From NCBI GenBank assembly GCA_008632985.1, contig QPGO01000172.1, positions 1 to 64,000 of the forward strand: a stretch of 64,000 nucleotides of DNA, read 5' to 3'. The notes beneath the pieces are model-generated. The model worked only from the letters and a program-made list of their open reading frames with translations. It did no database searches and had not been told where the DNA came from. Within the stretch, counting starts at the first letter, position 1. Every line of letters begins with the position of its first letter. Of the stretch, positions 1-12,360 are shown piece by piece. The DNA is from Psammoneis japonica (lineage: Eukaryota). Both the position numbers and the translations under genes were made by a program.

Positions 1-1299
1 GGCAGAAAGTCATGCAACATCTGATTGCAGTGAGGGAAGGTGCGTCAAGATGAAGGAGGGCAAGACTCAAACAACAATGCTTGGGTGCATTGCATGGCTG
101 TGGATTTTGTTTTGCAATTGCTGCAACGGATCTGTTCATCTCAGACACGTTGCAGAGCACAAGGGGTTGGTTTGCAAGGAATTCAATGGAGCACCGCTTC
201 TAGTTTGGTCAATGTCAACCGCAATCTCCTTGCTGCATTGGGAGCGAGCACTGCTTGCTCTTTTGCAACCAAGAGGCAAGCCATTCAAGTGCATTGTGCA
301 GTTGGTGAAAGAGGCAAAATGTGGTGGTGACCTTGGCAAGGTTTGCTCTTCCTCCCATCCAAGGTGGCAGAACATCAACAAAAGCCTGCATGACAGCAGT
401 CCAGAAACCAAGGATTGTCCATCTCTGCGTGTTTTTTGGAGGAGCAAGACAGAGTGCTGTGCAATCCAAACTCCACAGAACAAGAAAAGGACACAGCTCA
501 TCAGTTGACAACAGACGGGAAGAAACAAAAGGAGCTGAGTGTGCCGGAAAGAACGCGGAAAGCAGCCCAGCTGGGAAGTGTGAGAGGCACTTTGCACGTC
601 CAATCGGGTGCCTGCCTTGGGGATTGTCCTGCTGAGAATGCCGCACATGCTGCTTTGAATGATGATGATAAAAACGGATTCCATTGGCACCTCATTGACG
701 CTGTGGCAGAAAGCCATCCTGTTGATCATTTGAGTGGAATCGAGTTGGAGGAGGTGTGGAAGACATGTGAAGCTGCACGGAGACCAGTGCGCAACAACAA
801 AATGTTGGTGACCATGGTGTGCATGGACCAGCTCTCTTGCCACCTGCACCGTCTAAAGGAGCATGGTTTGAAAGAGGACTTCATTTTCCTGCATGATGAT
901 GGCACAGTCTTCCTGCCCATGCGACACAAGGAGTTGTGCCCCACTGCCGCAAAGACACATGGATTCAAACACAGGACAGAGTTCTTTGCAGTCAACAAAT
1001 GATGCAAACCAGAGGAATTTGTTGCCAAATGCGACCACACAACTGACCCGGAGAGTGTGTGATCATGTTCCAACCTTGTGGAATTCCAACAATTGACGTT
1101 GACAGAATTTGGGAAAATCATGTGAGAGGGAAAACACTTTGTTTTGATGATTTGTCTCACTTCACACACACTCCTGCCACCCAAGCACATGTCACCATTT
1201 AAAAAATTTCCGGCCACTCGTCCATGTTGAGGACAAACAACATCTTGAGACAAATTGGTTTCCTTGGTGCTGTCCTCCAAATTGTTTTCTGCACTTTTT

Positions 1300-4200
1300 T
1301 CATTTTTGGCTTTTTTTCATTTCTTCCCTCTGTCAATCAGTTCCATCTTTGGCAAGACAATGCCCATGCCGCCGCCAACAAGCATGTTTTTCTGACAATG
1401 CCGAAAGGTGCGTTTTGGTGATGTGCCCTCCATTTGCCAATGCTGAAACAAACCATTCTCGCTCATTTCCCTTTCAATGTCGCTTTGCTCCTTGCATGTT
1501 CTCCTGAAAACAACAACCTCTTTTTTGTCATCACTCAGAATGAACCCATGCAATTGCATTGGAAACAAGCTGTTGGTTCTGTCATCATTTCTGCGTGCAA
1601 CAGTTGGGGTTGGCCCAAAATTTCAACTCATGTTCGCCTGCAGACTCAACTCTGAACACACCACAACGTGTCTCCGTTTGATTCCCTGCTGGTTGCAATG
1701 GCACAAAAAATCTGCAACTTCCTCCTCCAAATGAGCGCTCCATTCCCTTTTCATCTCCAAGGTTCCGGTGCACTCGTGGTGTGTTTTGTTGACTCGGTCA
1801 ACTGTGAACATTGCCTGCCCCAGGTCGTGGTGTAATTTGGCACCGTGTGGCAAATCGTCTGTGGCAAGGGGATGGACAATCAAGTCATTTGCTCTCTCCA
1901 AAAGACTCTGCTCGTGCAGTTGGCTTGCAAGCTGAAGGGTGAACTCTTCTTCACTTTGCGAGGCTTGGCAGGTCCAGCTGGGAAGCTTTGCCCATTTTTT
2001 AAGACCAGACTCGCCTGTTGTGGCATCCCGCCCAGAAAACATGCCCCATCAACAAAGAGCAGCCACCAAGTGGAGCAAGTTGTGGAACTTTGTCGTTTTC
2101 CATCCATGTGTGCCTTCACCATGATCAACTGTGCTGTGCAGATCGAACATCAGAAGAACGAAGCAACACTCAATGTCAACGTGATTGGCTTGCAAGTGCA
2201 GGGAAGCATCACAGCTGCAAAAGGAGTGGAACAACAACAATTTGTTGAGCAAAAGTGACGGTTGATCCACATTGTCACAGTCCACTGAATGACTGGCCGG
2301 CTCTGGGTTGAAGCTCTTTGGCCTTTGGCAGAGTGTGAGAGGCAGCTCCTTTTCAATTTCTGAGCAGACCAATGGTTGGTCGTGAGAAGTTGCCTGTGTG
2401 CACAGAGGAATTGTTGTCATTGGGGATGCAGAATTGTTGGCGCAGGTTGACATTTCTTGTTTGCATCCAGACAATGTTGTGGCATGGATGAGCTTGAGAT
2501 TTTGTCAGCTGCGAAATGCAAGGACATGTGTGCAAGAGCCTGTGATGGCAACATTGGTTCTCCAGAAATTTGTCGTGGATGGGGCCATCATGATCGCATT
2601 CTTCGTTTGCGCGGGGCTTGTTGACCAAGGATGCGGAGGTGTCCATTTGATGATCCTTGGCAGATGCTTCCTCTTTGTCACTCTGTTCCTTGTCATCTTG
2701 TGGATTTGGCTGGTGTCCGCTGCAATTGCCTGCTGAATCATCATCATTGTCAAGCAAATCTTTGGGATTGTTGGCAACAAATTCACCTTCTTCACACACA
2801 CAACCATCATTGTCTTCTTCTTTGTAATCACAGTTCTCTTGTGGAGGCTGGCAGTCAAAATTTGAGGCTTGTTTTTTTCTTTGTCTTGTTGAAATCTGGA
2901 TGGCAACGAAGATGGAGCACGCGCTCTGTCCCTCTGCAGGCTGACCCACCAGTGCCATTGCAAACAGCTTCCCCATCTTTTGGTCACAGGTCAAACCGGA
3001 CAAGGTGCAAAAACCATTTTGCAAGACAACCGGTGGAGAAACGTTGATCTCTGACCGGGTCTGCACCGCTGAGATCCAAAAATGCGGACGTGTTCCAGCT
3101 CTAGGTGGGACCTCGCACTGCTGAACTGTGACATAATTATTTTTTATCATCCGTCGTATGTTTCGCACGTACATTTCTACGTGTTCTATTATAAAAAAAT
3201 GTTCCACACTGCCTGTTTTGCGAAGCCAAAGGCTTTCTGTTATCTGCACTTATGTCAATAAAAATGCGCTGGGTATATTCTTTAATGTCTAAAGAATGTG
3301 CCCGGGCACACTGTAAAGAATGTACTTCAAGTGTGGAGGAGGAGACACGTTCGCAAAATTGCCTCTTTTTCTGTTGGCGATCATTCATACATGCATTGCT
3401 TAATAATTTTACTACGGAGCTCGCACGTAGAATTCTACGGGCCCAATGTCACAAAAAGTCCCACCCAGGACTGGAACCCGTCTGCGGTTGACCAAATCAT
3501 TCAGTCAGCCTTTGGCTGAGTCGGGCAAATCGTCAACAACGACGGAGAGAGTCTGAGGGACTGTGCTGCCTTGGAACATTTGCATTGGATCGGGGGATGT
3601 GAACCCAAACACACCCTGACAATTGTCTCCCATCTGAAGAGGAAAGATTGAGTTGTCAACAGTGTGTTGGCCAAACACTTTGTGAAGTGTGGAGGAACAA
3701 ATGCCCATGCACCAGACAACTGCGCTGCGTGCCTTGGAACAAATTGATTCAGATTTAGCCTTGGACATCACTGCGGACATTTGTGATTCAACAAATGGAT
3801 GCCACGGACTGTCAATTGAACCGGGTGGTGGCCCAAGAGCTGCGACAGTCATGTGCTCCGTCACTTCCTGAGAAAAACACCTGCAGCAATGTGACAGTTC
3901 ATTGTTGCATGTCCAGGAGGTGTGACAAGCATGACTGATGCAGCAGGAATTTTCACGGCCAGAAACACGGCCGGTCACTTGTGCGGCATTGACAGCATCA
4001 CCCAACAATGTCACGCTCTGAACAATGATGCACTTGAACAACACTGGTCACCAAGTTGGGCACAACAGACAGGAGGCGATTCTTGTGCTTGAATTGCAGA
4101 TGCAAGAAGGGCAGATGAAATGCAGTGATGATTTCTGACATTCAACCCAAAAACGGGGTTCTTTGTTTTGCAACCTGTGCGTTTCGGAACAAATCTGAGA

Positions 4201-5100
4201 GAACGCCATGCTTCAAAATGACAATGGGCACATGCCTTGATGAGAGTTGCAGAGAAACAAATGGCTCCATCAAATGATGAGGTGCAACCTGTCCTTTCCC
4301 AGTTTTGTCGGTGCAGTGCAAAACAAAGACATGAAAGGATCCGGGGACAGTGGGGACGTTGCTGCCACAAAAACAGTTGCTGTGAGCTTCAGCGTCCTTC
4401 ATTTCAGCATTGTCGCGCAGTTTCCAGTTGCCGTTCTTGTCCAGCATGGGTTCACTGGAGAGAACCTGAGGCCAATGTGAGTTGGGAGGAATGTCAAGAT
4501 TTGAAAGATTGGCAAAAAGGGGGATCGTCGAACAGGTCCTGCAGTTGGAGGGAACTGAAGCAGGTCATTCTTGAGTTGGTTGATGATGGAAACAGACTCA
4601 AGGGAGATTTGCTGCAGAGCAGGAGCAACAACGCTGGGCAACACCAACTTGAGCTTGGACATAAAAGTTTGAGAAGAGGGCATTTGTCAGGTGACAAACA
4701 ACCCACCACTGGAGAATTCCTCCTGCACAGTTCTCAGCAATTCATCTGTGGCGCTGATTGGGGCACCCTTGGAGCAACACAAATTCAATGTGCAGACCAT
4801 GGGTGTGGTTTTGCTGTTGTAAACTTCGGGAGCCACGAGATCCTCATCTGCGGATGGGTGTCCAACTTGATCAAGAATGGCAAAAGGGCCAGATTTGGCT
4901 GCCACAGTGGCAGAAACCTTGGCATCGGAAGCAAACTCTTCATGGTCCGGAAACTGGCATTCTGAAACATCATTGGCGTGGGGAAGAACGGAATTGTCAT
5001 GGGGACCATGCGGCTCTGGCGTGGATGAAAATGCACGGTTAGATCACAACGGCCGGGGATTGTGTCGCGTGCACCCTTGTGGAGTTGGCCTGGCATTGGA
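1300..5100 (-). mobile_element. Degenerate Plavaka-like DNA transposase region (frameshifted, TpA-erased, interrupted by a MITE at 3087-3482); boundaries approximate
   Basis: Minus-strand ORF fragments carry motifs I recognise from Plavaka-type transposases: 'LHCTDKTG...LMEPF' (I.Y.DKT...EP), 'EAWRSLRFVP', 'GVFGFTSPDPMQMF', 'GWKTTKFHNLLH'. Tyr is nearly absent. Termini not identified. Confidence 0.6.
3087..3482. mobile_element. MITE family 1, copy 1 (396 bp, GAC...GTC imperfect TIRs, 4-bp TSD TGCG)
   Basis: Left GACGTGTTCCAGCTCTAGGTGGGA, right TCCCACCCAGGACTGGAACCCGTC. TGCG at 3083-3086 and 3483-3486. Homologous over its full length to 36783-37179. Confidence 0.9.
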
Positions 5101-8100
5101 GTCAGACCCTGTGGCAAGAAATTCAATGGGAGGAGTGCCAAGGGTGGAAGAGGCAGCAATGTCAACATGTTCATCTGATTCTCCCATTTGTGACTGTTTG
5201 CCATGAGCGGCGTCAGATTGGCGGGAAGATGCGGTGCGATTGAGGCTTTGAGAAAAGGACAGCTTGCAGGGAAGACAAGTTCTTGGGTGGCATTGAAGAC
5301 CAGTTGGGAGAAAACATTTGCTGCACATGAAACAATCATTGCCAATGGCAAAGGGGAGCATGGTTGTTCATTTTGTAAAAACAGTGGGATGAAAATGAGT
5401 GGGACGGACCACGTGGTAAAAACAACATGTGGCAGGTGACAAGATTGTGTTGCACAAATCAACTTGTGTGTGAGCATGCAAGATTGCAGCTTGGTTTGGT
5501 GCACAACATGATTGACAACACAGGACAAATCCAACTTTCCACAGTCATGGGAATTTTGTCATGCTGGCATGCATCTCAGATTGTTGCCCCACCAGATGCA
5601 ACACTGGTCATGTGTTGACACCGTGGGACCTGCTGTTGTCAACCCAAATTCTGACTCACAATGAGAACCAATGAAAATGTTCTCTGAGCTTGCACTGTGT
5701 TCTTCATTCTCAGTGAGTGCGAGCAGGTTGGCATTCAGCATTTGTGACAGTGATGGACTCTGTTGATCAAATGCATTCTTTTGTTTTCTCAACTTCTTGT
5801 TTTGCTTCAATCTTTGTCCACATTTCTGTGGGAAAATGCTGCATCATGTGGGGTGGCTCAAGTTGACATCACATCATGTGTGGTGGATGCATTTGTCAAA
5901 TGTCAAACAGGGTGGCTCAAATGCACCACATCATGCTGTGCGGGGTGGCTCAAGGGGATGCCAACATTGAATTTTGCAAGGAGTGGTCCAAGGGTGACAA
6001 GCACTCTTCTTTTTTTAATCTGCAATTGGCTGCTTTTGGGAAAGTCCTGAAACAAAGGGCAGACAAGGTTGCGGGTCTTTGTCATCCTCTGTTGAATTCC
6101 TGCTTGACCCAACTTGATGCACATGTCCTTGAAACGTTCATCTCATGGAGGATGGTTTGCGTGCAAAAGTCAAATGGTGGGTGGTGCAGCAGTCATCTTT
6201 TTTTGATGGCATGGGTGATGTCCTTGTCATCTTGTGAGAATGAGTCATTTGGTTGTGGCATCAGTGAGTTTGTTTGATCAGTGTCAGTGTTGAGTTGGTG
6301 CTTTTTCACCTGGTGTGGGCAGCAGGTTTTGATTGGCTTGACTCGAGTGAAGCGAGAGTTGTCAGCTTGCAAAAGGAACCTGGATGTCAAAGTGTGGAGA
6401 ACTGACAACTGCACAAGCACCCATCACCAAAGGCAGAACTCTGTGCATTGGAGCAGCAAGCAGCCAGAGCAACAAAAAAAGAAAAGAGGAACAGCCAGAA
6501 AGAACAGCAAAATCCAGGCATTTTGTGTTGGCAAAAAGCTTGGAAAGGCGCAGCATCTGAGGTGGCCAGAGAAATGATCTCTCAAGGCTCATTTTTGTGA
6601 TGATGACACAAGCAAAGTCTTGGCCAGGGCAGCCGCTCAAGGATGCACACAGTTGCCTGTGAGGCACCAAGCGCAGCACAGAAAAAGCAGCACGGATTTT
6701 AAAGCCGGGTGAGCTGATGATTTTTCACAAGCACCATTGCCAAAGGCAGCTGCACTCAAGGACAAGGAACAACAATTTGTGAAGCAAATTGTGGTGCACA
6801 GACAAGGAGTTTGTGAAGAAGTGGTGTGTCCAGCCACAGTGCTGATGGCCGCAGGGAGGCAGAGCAAAAGGAGCACCAGGGTGGCGCCACATGCCGGCTC
6901 TTGTTGCAAAGAGCTCTGCGTGCTCTGCATCTTGAAGAAACAGGTGGAAAGGATGAACAAAACACCAAAAAGGAAAACTGTGAAATTGTTTTGGGTGCCA
7001 AAAGCATGCAGTTCAGATGCTCTGCAGCACAACCCAGCAAGAGCTCATTGCTGCCCCTGCAGGCCAGCCAAAAATTCTTGCATGTTTTCCATGTCCAAGC
7101 AGCACCCTGCAAAGTGTTGTCAGCACCATTTGGGGGTGTGACCCAGCTGTTGTTAAGAGCTGCCTCACAAAAAACTGCTGCTTGTTCAATGCTTGTCTGG
7201 TGTCGCTGAATCTCCAAGCACCGCGTGAAAGGGCTGAAGCTTGCTGAAGATGTTTCTCTGCTGCCGTGTGCTGCTTCTGTCAAATGAGAGCACAAGCACA
7301 AGCTCCATGACCTCTTCACAGAGCCAGAAAATCATCATCTTTCCAGCTTTGGTGCAAAGCTCTCAGCACAGTCATGCTGCTGCTTTGCAGAAGCACCAAG
7401 ATCATGAGCAAGAGCAGCAGCAGAAGGCAGAAAGCAGCTCTGTGCATTGGAGCAGTGATCAGCCAGAGCAACCACAACAAAAATTAAAACAGCAGAAGTT
7501 TGCAGGCACGCAGCCTCTAAGGTGGTCAAAAATGATCTCCAGCATCATGATTTGAAAGCAGTGCAAGGAGGGCAGCAGCCAGGAGCAGCAGCAGAAGCAA
7601 CAAGCAGGGCAAGAAAATGAAGGCGCTTGCTCTTGTGAGCGAAAATGAAGACCCGCATTGTGAGGATGGCATGGGCAAAGTCAAGAAGCCACACAGAGAG
7701 AAGCAAGCCAACTTTGTGCAGCCTTGGCATCAGGTGGTGGCTCAAGAGTGCACACCATCACATGCGCGGCCAGCCGCGCTGCTTCCGAGGCACCAAGAGC
7801 AGCAGCTGTGCTGGCTGGCTCCCAACTGCAAGAGCTTGGTCTCTTGCACTGCCAACTCAGAACACTTTGTGGAGAAGTTGAAAAGCAAAATGCTTTGATC
7901 AATGTGTGCAGCATGGTGTGGCAGGAAGGAAATGGCGAGACAAGCACGAAGCAGCCACGCTGCAAAAGAAGAGGTCGCAACAGAGAGGCAGGAAACAAGC
8001 AACAGCTGACAATGGCAGCTCGCTTGGAACAATGCCTTCACATTTTCTGTGTTTGCTGTCCTCGTTGCTTGTGCCAGACTGGCGACCTTTGTGCCACAAG

Positions 8101-8199
8101 ATCTGTCATCTCCTTGCGCGCTGCACAACGGCGGTTTGAAGCTGTGTTTGACTGACTTGGTCCTCTGCCTCATGTGTGGTGTGGCAAAGTGCAGGATTG

Positions 8200-8415
8200 A
8201 CCAATTGCAAAGTTTTCTGCAGCAATCAGATCATTGCATCACTGTGGAACAGCAATTGGTTTTAATTGCAATCGCGTTTAGCTAAAAAAAGAGCTCAAAT
8301 CGATTGCAACAGTCGATTGTGATTGCGACCTTGTCTCTTTCCCAACAATCAGGTCATTGCAATCGAGTTTGCAATTGCGATTGCAATCAAAGTGAGGCTG
8401 ATTGCAATCGACACC
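8200..8415. repeat. Cluster of short (GA)TTGCAATC(G)/CGATTG motifs, probably transposon subterminal repeats
   Basis: Multiple variants of ATTGCAATCG, CGATTGCA and GATTGCGA in about 200 bp. Confidence 0.55.
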
Positions 8416-8794
8416 AGAGCAATGTTAGTCAACACTGGCAAAATGTCGCACACAGAGGCACGGCATTTAACAAATGACCTTCCACGTCAGCGCTGTCTTT
8501 GAGTCAACCCACCATTGCCTGTTGCCCCAAATTTGTTTGTGCCTGAATGACCGTCCAAAATGCCCATGCTGCAGGTTTCTACAGCAGGCATGCAGCGCAT
8601 CTGACATGTCTGAGGCGAAGCCAAAATTTCAAAAAGTGATCTTAAAACGACTGCTGAACGCCTCCAATGGTTTGATGGCAATCGTGTTGCGAAATGCTTG
8701 TTGTGGATCTTGAAACTCTCTCTCAGGTTCACTCTTTATTTCTCAAGTGACGATCCCACATGCTTTGTGCTTGGCATTGCTGTTGTTGTTGTTG

Positions 8795-9611
8795 TTTCGT
8801 TGCGTTGTCATTGCACTGTGCCAGTTGCTTTTGCCTGAAAGATTGTGTCTTTGTGGCAGTGTCATTGACACAGTCATTGACGACGTGTTCCACAGGGCGT
8901 GCAAGAAATTTAGCGGAACTGCTTCGATGAACGTCGCAGAAAACAGAAACAACAACAGCAGCAGTGAACGGTGTTGGTGCGACTTGGTGGCTTTCGTCCT
9001 GAGGTTCTGTTTGCAACATTTCTTCGTGGCGTTTCCATTGCATTTTTACATTGGAAGTTGCGTCCACAGGTGCTCAGGCTGCGTGACAGTTGACAAACCG
9101 ATCATGGGCGTCTTTCGTTTGAATCAACAACCCAGGGCTGTGTTTGAAACCCCGAAAGATCCATCCAAAAGTGTCTCAATCAGGTCTTTTGACACTGAAG
9201 ATGACAGAAGGCAGGTGCTGTGGAAAGAATTTGGAGACGACATCGCCATTGTTGCCATTGCTTTTGTTTCGTTGCGCTGCGTTGTCGTTGCACTGCGCCA
9301 GTTGCTTTTGCCTGAAAGATTGCATCTTTGCGGCAGTGTCATTGACACAGTCATTGACAACGTGTTCTGCAGGACACGCAAGAAATTTGGCGCAACTGCT
9401 TCAATGAACGTTGCAGAAAACAGAAACAACAACAGCGGCAGTGAACGGTGTTGGCACGACTTGGCAGCTTTCATCCTGAAGCTCTGTTTGCAACATTTCT
9501 TCGTGGTGTTCCCATTGTGTTTTTACATTGGAAGTTGCATCCATGGGTGCTCAGACTGCGCGACAGTTGACAAACCGATCATGGGCGCCTTTCGTTTGAA
9601 TCGACAACCCT
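8795..9611. repeat. Direct duplication of ~340 bp (about 8795-9133 and 9267-9611)
   Basis: Both copies run from TTTCGTTGCG..TTGCACTG.GCCAGTTGCTTTTGCCTGAAAG to TTTCGTTTGAATC.ACAACCC; also visible as a repeated peptide in ORF 8747..9622. Confidence 0.9.
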
Positions 9612-9947
9612 GCATTTTGTAGAATCCTTGTAGAACGTGCTGCGTCATTGGCGCATGATGATGAAGAACCCAGTTGGGCCGTGAAGAAGCTCCTGTCAAG
9701 TGAAAGAGTGTTGAACGAGCACGGCAAGCAAGGTTGTTTGTTGGACCCATTGTGGGGTGTCCTGTTCTTTAGAATGGACAAGAGAGTCCTTTCAATTCCT
9801 GCCAACAAGCACGACATGTCGGAGCCATCGGACAGTTGCTGTTTGTTGGGTTGCAGAACTTAATTTGGTGACTCCATCATGCCACACAGCACTGCACGCA
9901 AGTCGTCACCTTTGCCATTCCATTGAAGAACCTTCTCTCTTCTTCTG

Positions 9948-10195
9948 CCACTTTTGGGAAAAGTCCCAATGTGAAGGGTAGACGAGGTTGCTCTCGTCTC
10001 TGGCAATTGCGAGCAACCATCAAGGTGGCTGACTGCAGCAGCGCTTTGGTGTTTTTTTTCTGCAAGGCGGCCTACGAGAGCCAAGGGGTTGTTCCCCGGC
10101 GAGACTGAGAGTGGCATCTCCAAGAAAGGGGGTGCCACTCGATGTGCTGTGACCCGAATCTCTGTCAGTTGGGGTTCGCCTGCCCTCAAAGGTGG
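9948..10195 (+). ncRNA. Putative structured ncRNA/ssDNA module, divergent copy D
   Basis: Homologous to 40213-40495. Terminal stem CCACTTTTG/CAAAGGTGG, 13-bp hairpin GAGTGGCATCTCC-AAGAAA-GGGGGTGCCACTC with two G-U pairs, hairpin AGACGAG..CTCGTCT. Confidence 0.5.
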
Positions 10196-10291
10196 TGATT
10201 TTTTTTTTTAAATGGGGGCATGGCTAGATGGAATGATTTGATTGGTTGTTGACAACGGATGGGGTGGGATGGAATGACAAAACAGCGGGAT

Positions 10292-11260
10292 TCAATCATC
10301 TAAAGTGAGCTGATGGACCGCCTCCGGCCTCAAGAACGCCGGCATCATCGCACACGGAGAGTCACACAAATTCGCCTCATCGCCCCCCTCCTTGTGACCC
10401 CCCAGACTGAGGACCTCCACCGCCCCAAGGGAGACACCCGCCACATCCTGCGTGTGGACATCTGCCACCGCCGCACATGAGTGGAATGCCAATGCATCAT
10501 TGCGTGCATTGTCCTCCACCTCCAGCTCATCAAATGCCAGTGTTCGCAAGCAAACACCCCCCAGGTTTGAATCCTCTGAAGAGTGCAAAAGTCAAGGGCA
10601 CAAAAGCAACCAAGAGATCTGGAGATGACAAATCGTCCACTGCAGCAATCTGATTAAGAAGCAACGAAGGTTGCCCGCCGTGACTGGTGGCGACGTCTTC
10701 TTGGGAACCAGCCCACCGTCTTGCCTGACCAAGTTGTGTTTGAGGGCTGCCGATTTGCTTCAAACAATGGACGCATTGGCAACTCATAAAATGACGTCCG
10801 ACACACGCTGCTTGTTGTGTGTGGTGTAGTCACGATGGCCAAGACCAGCGTTTCAGCTCAGCGCCCCGCCGTGGCTGATTGTTCGGACCACATTGCACTG
10901 TGCTGCCTTGCGCTGTTGGGCTCCAAGGCATGTGTTTAACTCAAGGATGCTCGCCAGAATGCCGCTTGCTCAGCTCCGAACTGAATCATGCGCACCAACT
11001 CAGCAGGTTTGCGTGTGATGTTTGCGCGGAGGCCGGTGTCACGGTCCATGATTGTGACATTGTCTTGGAGATTCTGGTCATCAATTGCAACCCCAACGCA
11101 CTGGCCAACAGGACGGGGAGCTCACTGCGGCGGGTGACATGAAGACTGTCGAATGCCGGCAGCCTCAAGATTTTGGCCCTTTTCATCAGATCACCCTCCT
11201 CGCCTCCATCAAGGTCTCCTCCACAGAGACAGGCATGTTTGAAACCATTGACGACGTGCG
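10292..11260 (-). pseudogene. Degenerate TpA-depleted coding-like sequence of unknown family, ending ~100 bp from module D
   Basis: Broken minus-strand frames (e.g. VGVAIDDQNLQDNVTIMDRDTGLRANITRKPAELVRMIQFG; ORF 10292..10588). No recognisable motif. Confidence 0.25.
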
Positions 11261-11762
11261 CGTTAGTGTCTCTTCCTCTCGGGCTGGAATTCTTGCAGGG
11301 CGCGTACTTACAGTGCTACGACAGGCGTCTCACAAAAGACAGCGGTTGGACACTGTCTTTTTTTGGGGGGGGGGGGGGGGGCGTCTTATTGGCACAATAG
11401 CAATCACAATCATGTACAGCATTTTAGTAACTACAAGTGTAGTGAAAGAAGACATGGCTCTCTTTTCAATAGGAATGCTCGACAGAGTAAAAGACAATTA
11501 TATGGATTTGTCGGCCAAATAGCCACGGTGTTGCAGTACGAGTATGAAGATGCATTGGCCCATTGGCCAATGCCACAAAAGTGGAAGATAGCGGCTTCCT
11601 TCTGGACTTGTAATGTCGACCGTTTCCCAAACGTTTCCCAAATTCTATATAAGACGAATGACGACAGCTCGTGCTAATGAAGTTTGCAAACAATGACTCG
11701 CCGCTGGAGAGGATCAGATCCCTAGCATAAGAGGCCCTCCGATCTCTTATGGTACGTGGCCC

Positions 11763-11890
11763 TGAGGACGATTTCAGGATACCGGGGTGTACGGATGCGA
11801 CCGACCACAAAGTTGAGGACGATTTCAGGATACCGGGGTATGGATGCAACCGACCACAAAGTTATGGGTGTGGCCAACCATAAAGTTCAG
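11763..11890. repeat. Short tandem repeat, two ~50-bp units plus a partial
   Basis: TGAGGACGATTTCAGGATACCGGGGT..GGATGC.ACCGACCACAAAGT at 11763 and 11814; partial CCAACCATAAAGTT near 11875. Confidence 0.85.
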
Positions 11891-12360
11891 CTGCCAATGG
11901 AATTAACAAAGCTACTTTACTTCGCCAACACGTTGACAAGCAAAATCCATGCTATTTTTTTCTCGAAGTTACAATCTTGATTCGAATCCTTCATAAAACC
12001 AAAAACAAGTTACTGTGGCATTGTTCAGGATAGGTAGGACCCGTGTGTTCCAATCATTCGGGAACTCCAAATTTTGTTCCAGCGACGGTAATCCAAAAAT
12101 GCTTGCCGTTTCGTAAGAGTTTGTCTCTCTAGAAGAAAAACAAACAGTTCCGAATGTCGGTAGTCACGTTCGAGTCGTCCAATGCACGCATGGCAATCCG
12201 CACACCACCTTTCGTGGATGCCAAATCCGGTTCAATAGTCGGCTCCCAATTCAAGAGCCAAGTGGTGTGTAGAATCTAAGACTATCGATAGACGTACGGC
12301 GAATTGAATGTCGTAAAAATGTTTTCTAAAGTACGATGTTATGGTGTCAGTACGAGCAAT

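Noticed and set aside
6430..7550. Diverged internal duplication (6430-6580 vs 7425-7550) as a separate element
   Set aside because: Short, lacks termini or TSD; probably internal repeats of the surrounding degenerate transposon.
1..11300. Dense overlapping Cys/His-rich ORFs in all six frames as real genes
   Set aside because: Loss of TpA removes TAA/TAG stops and creates TGY/CAY codons, so long spurious frames are expected; no motifs beyond the transposase fragments.
11365..11381. Poly-G run as a functional element at the domain boundary
   Set aside because: A simple homopolymer of uncertain length; no further support.
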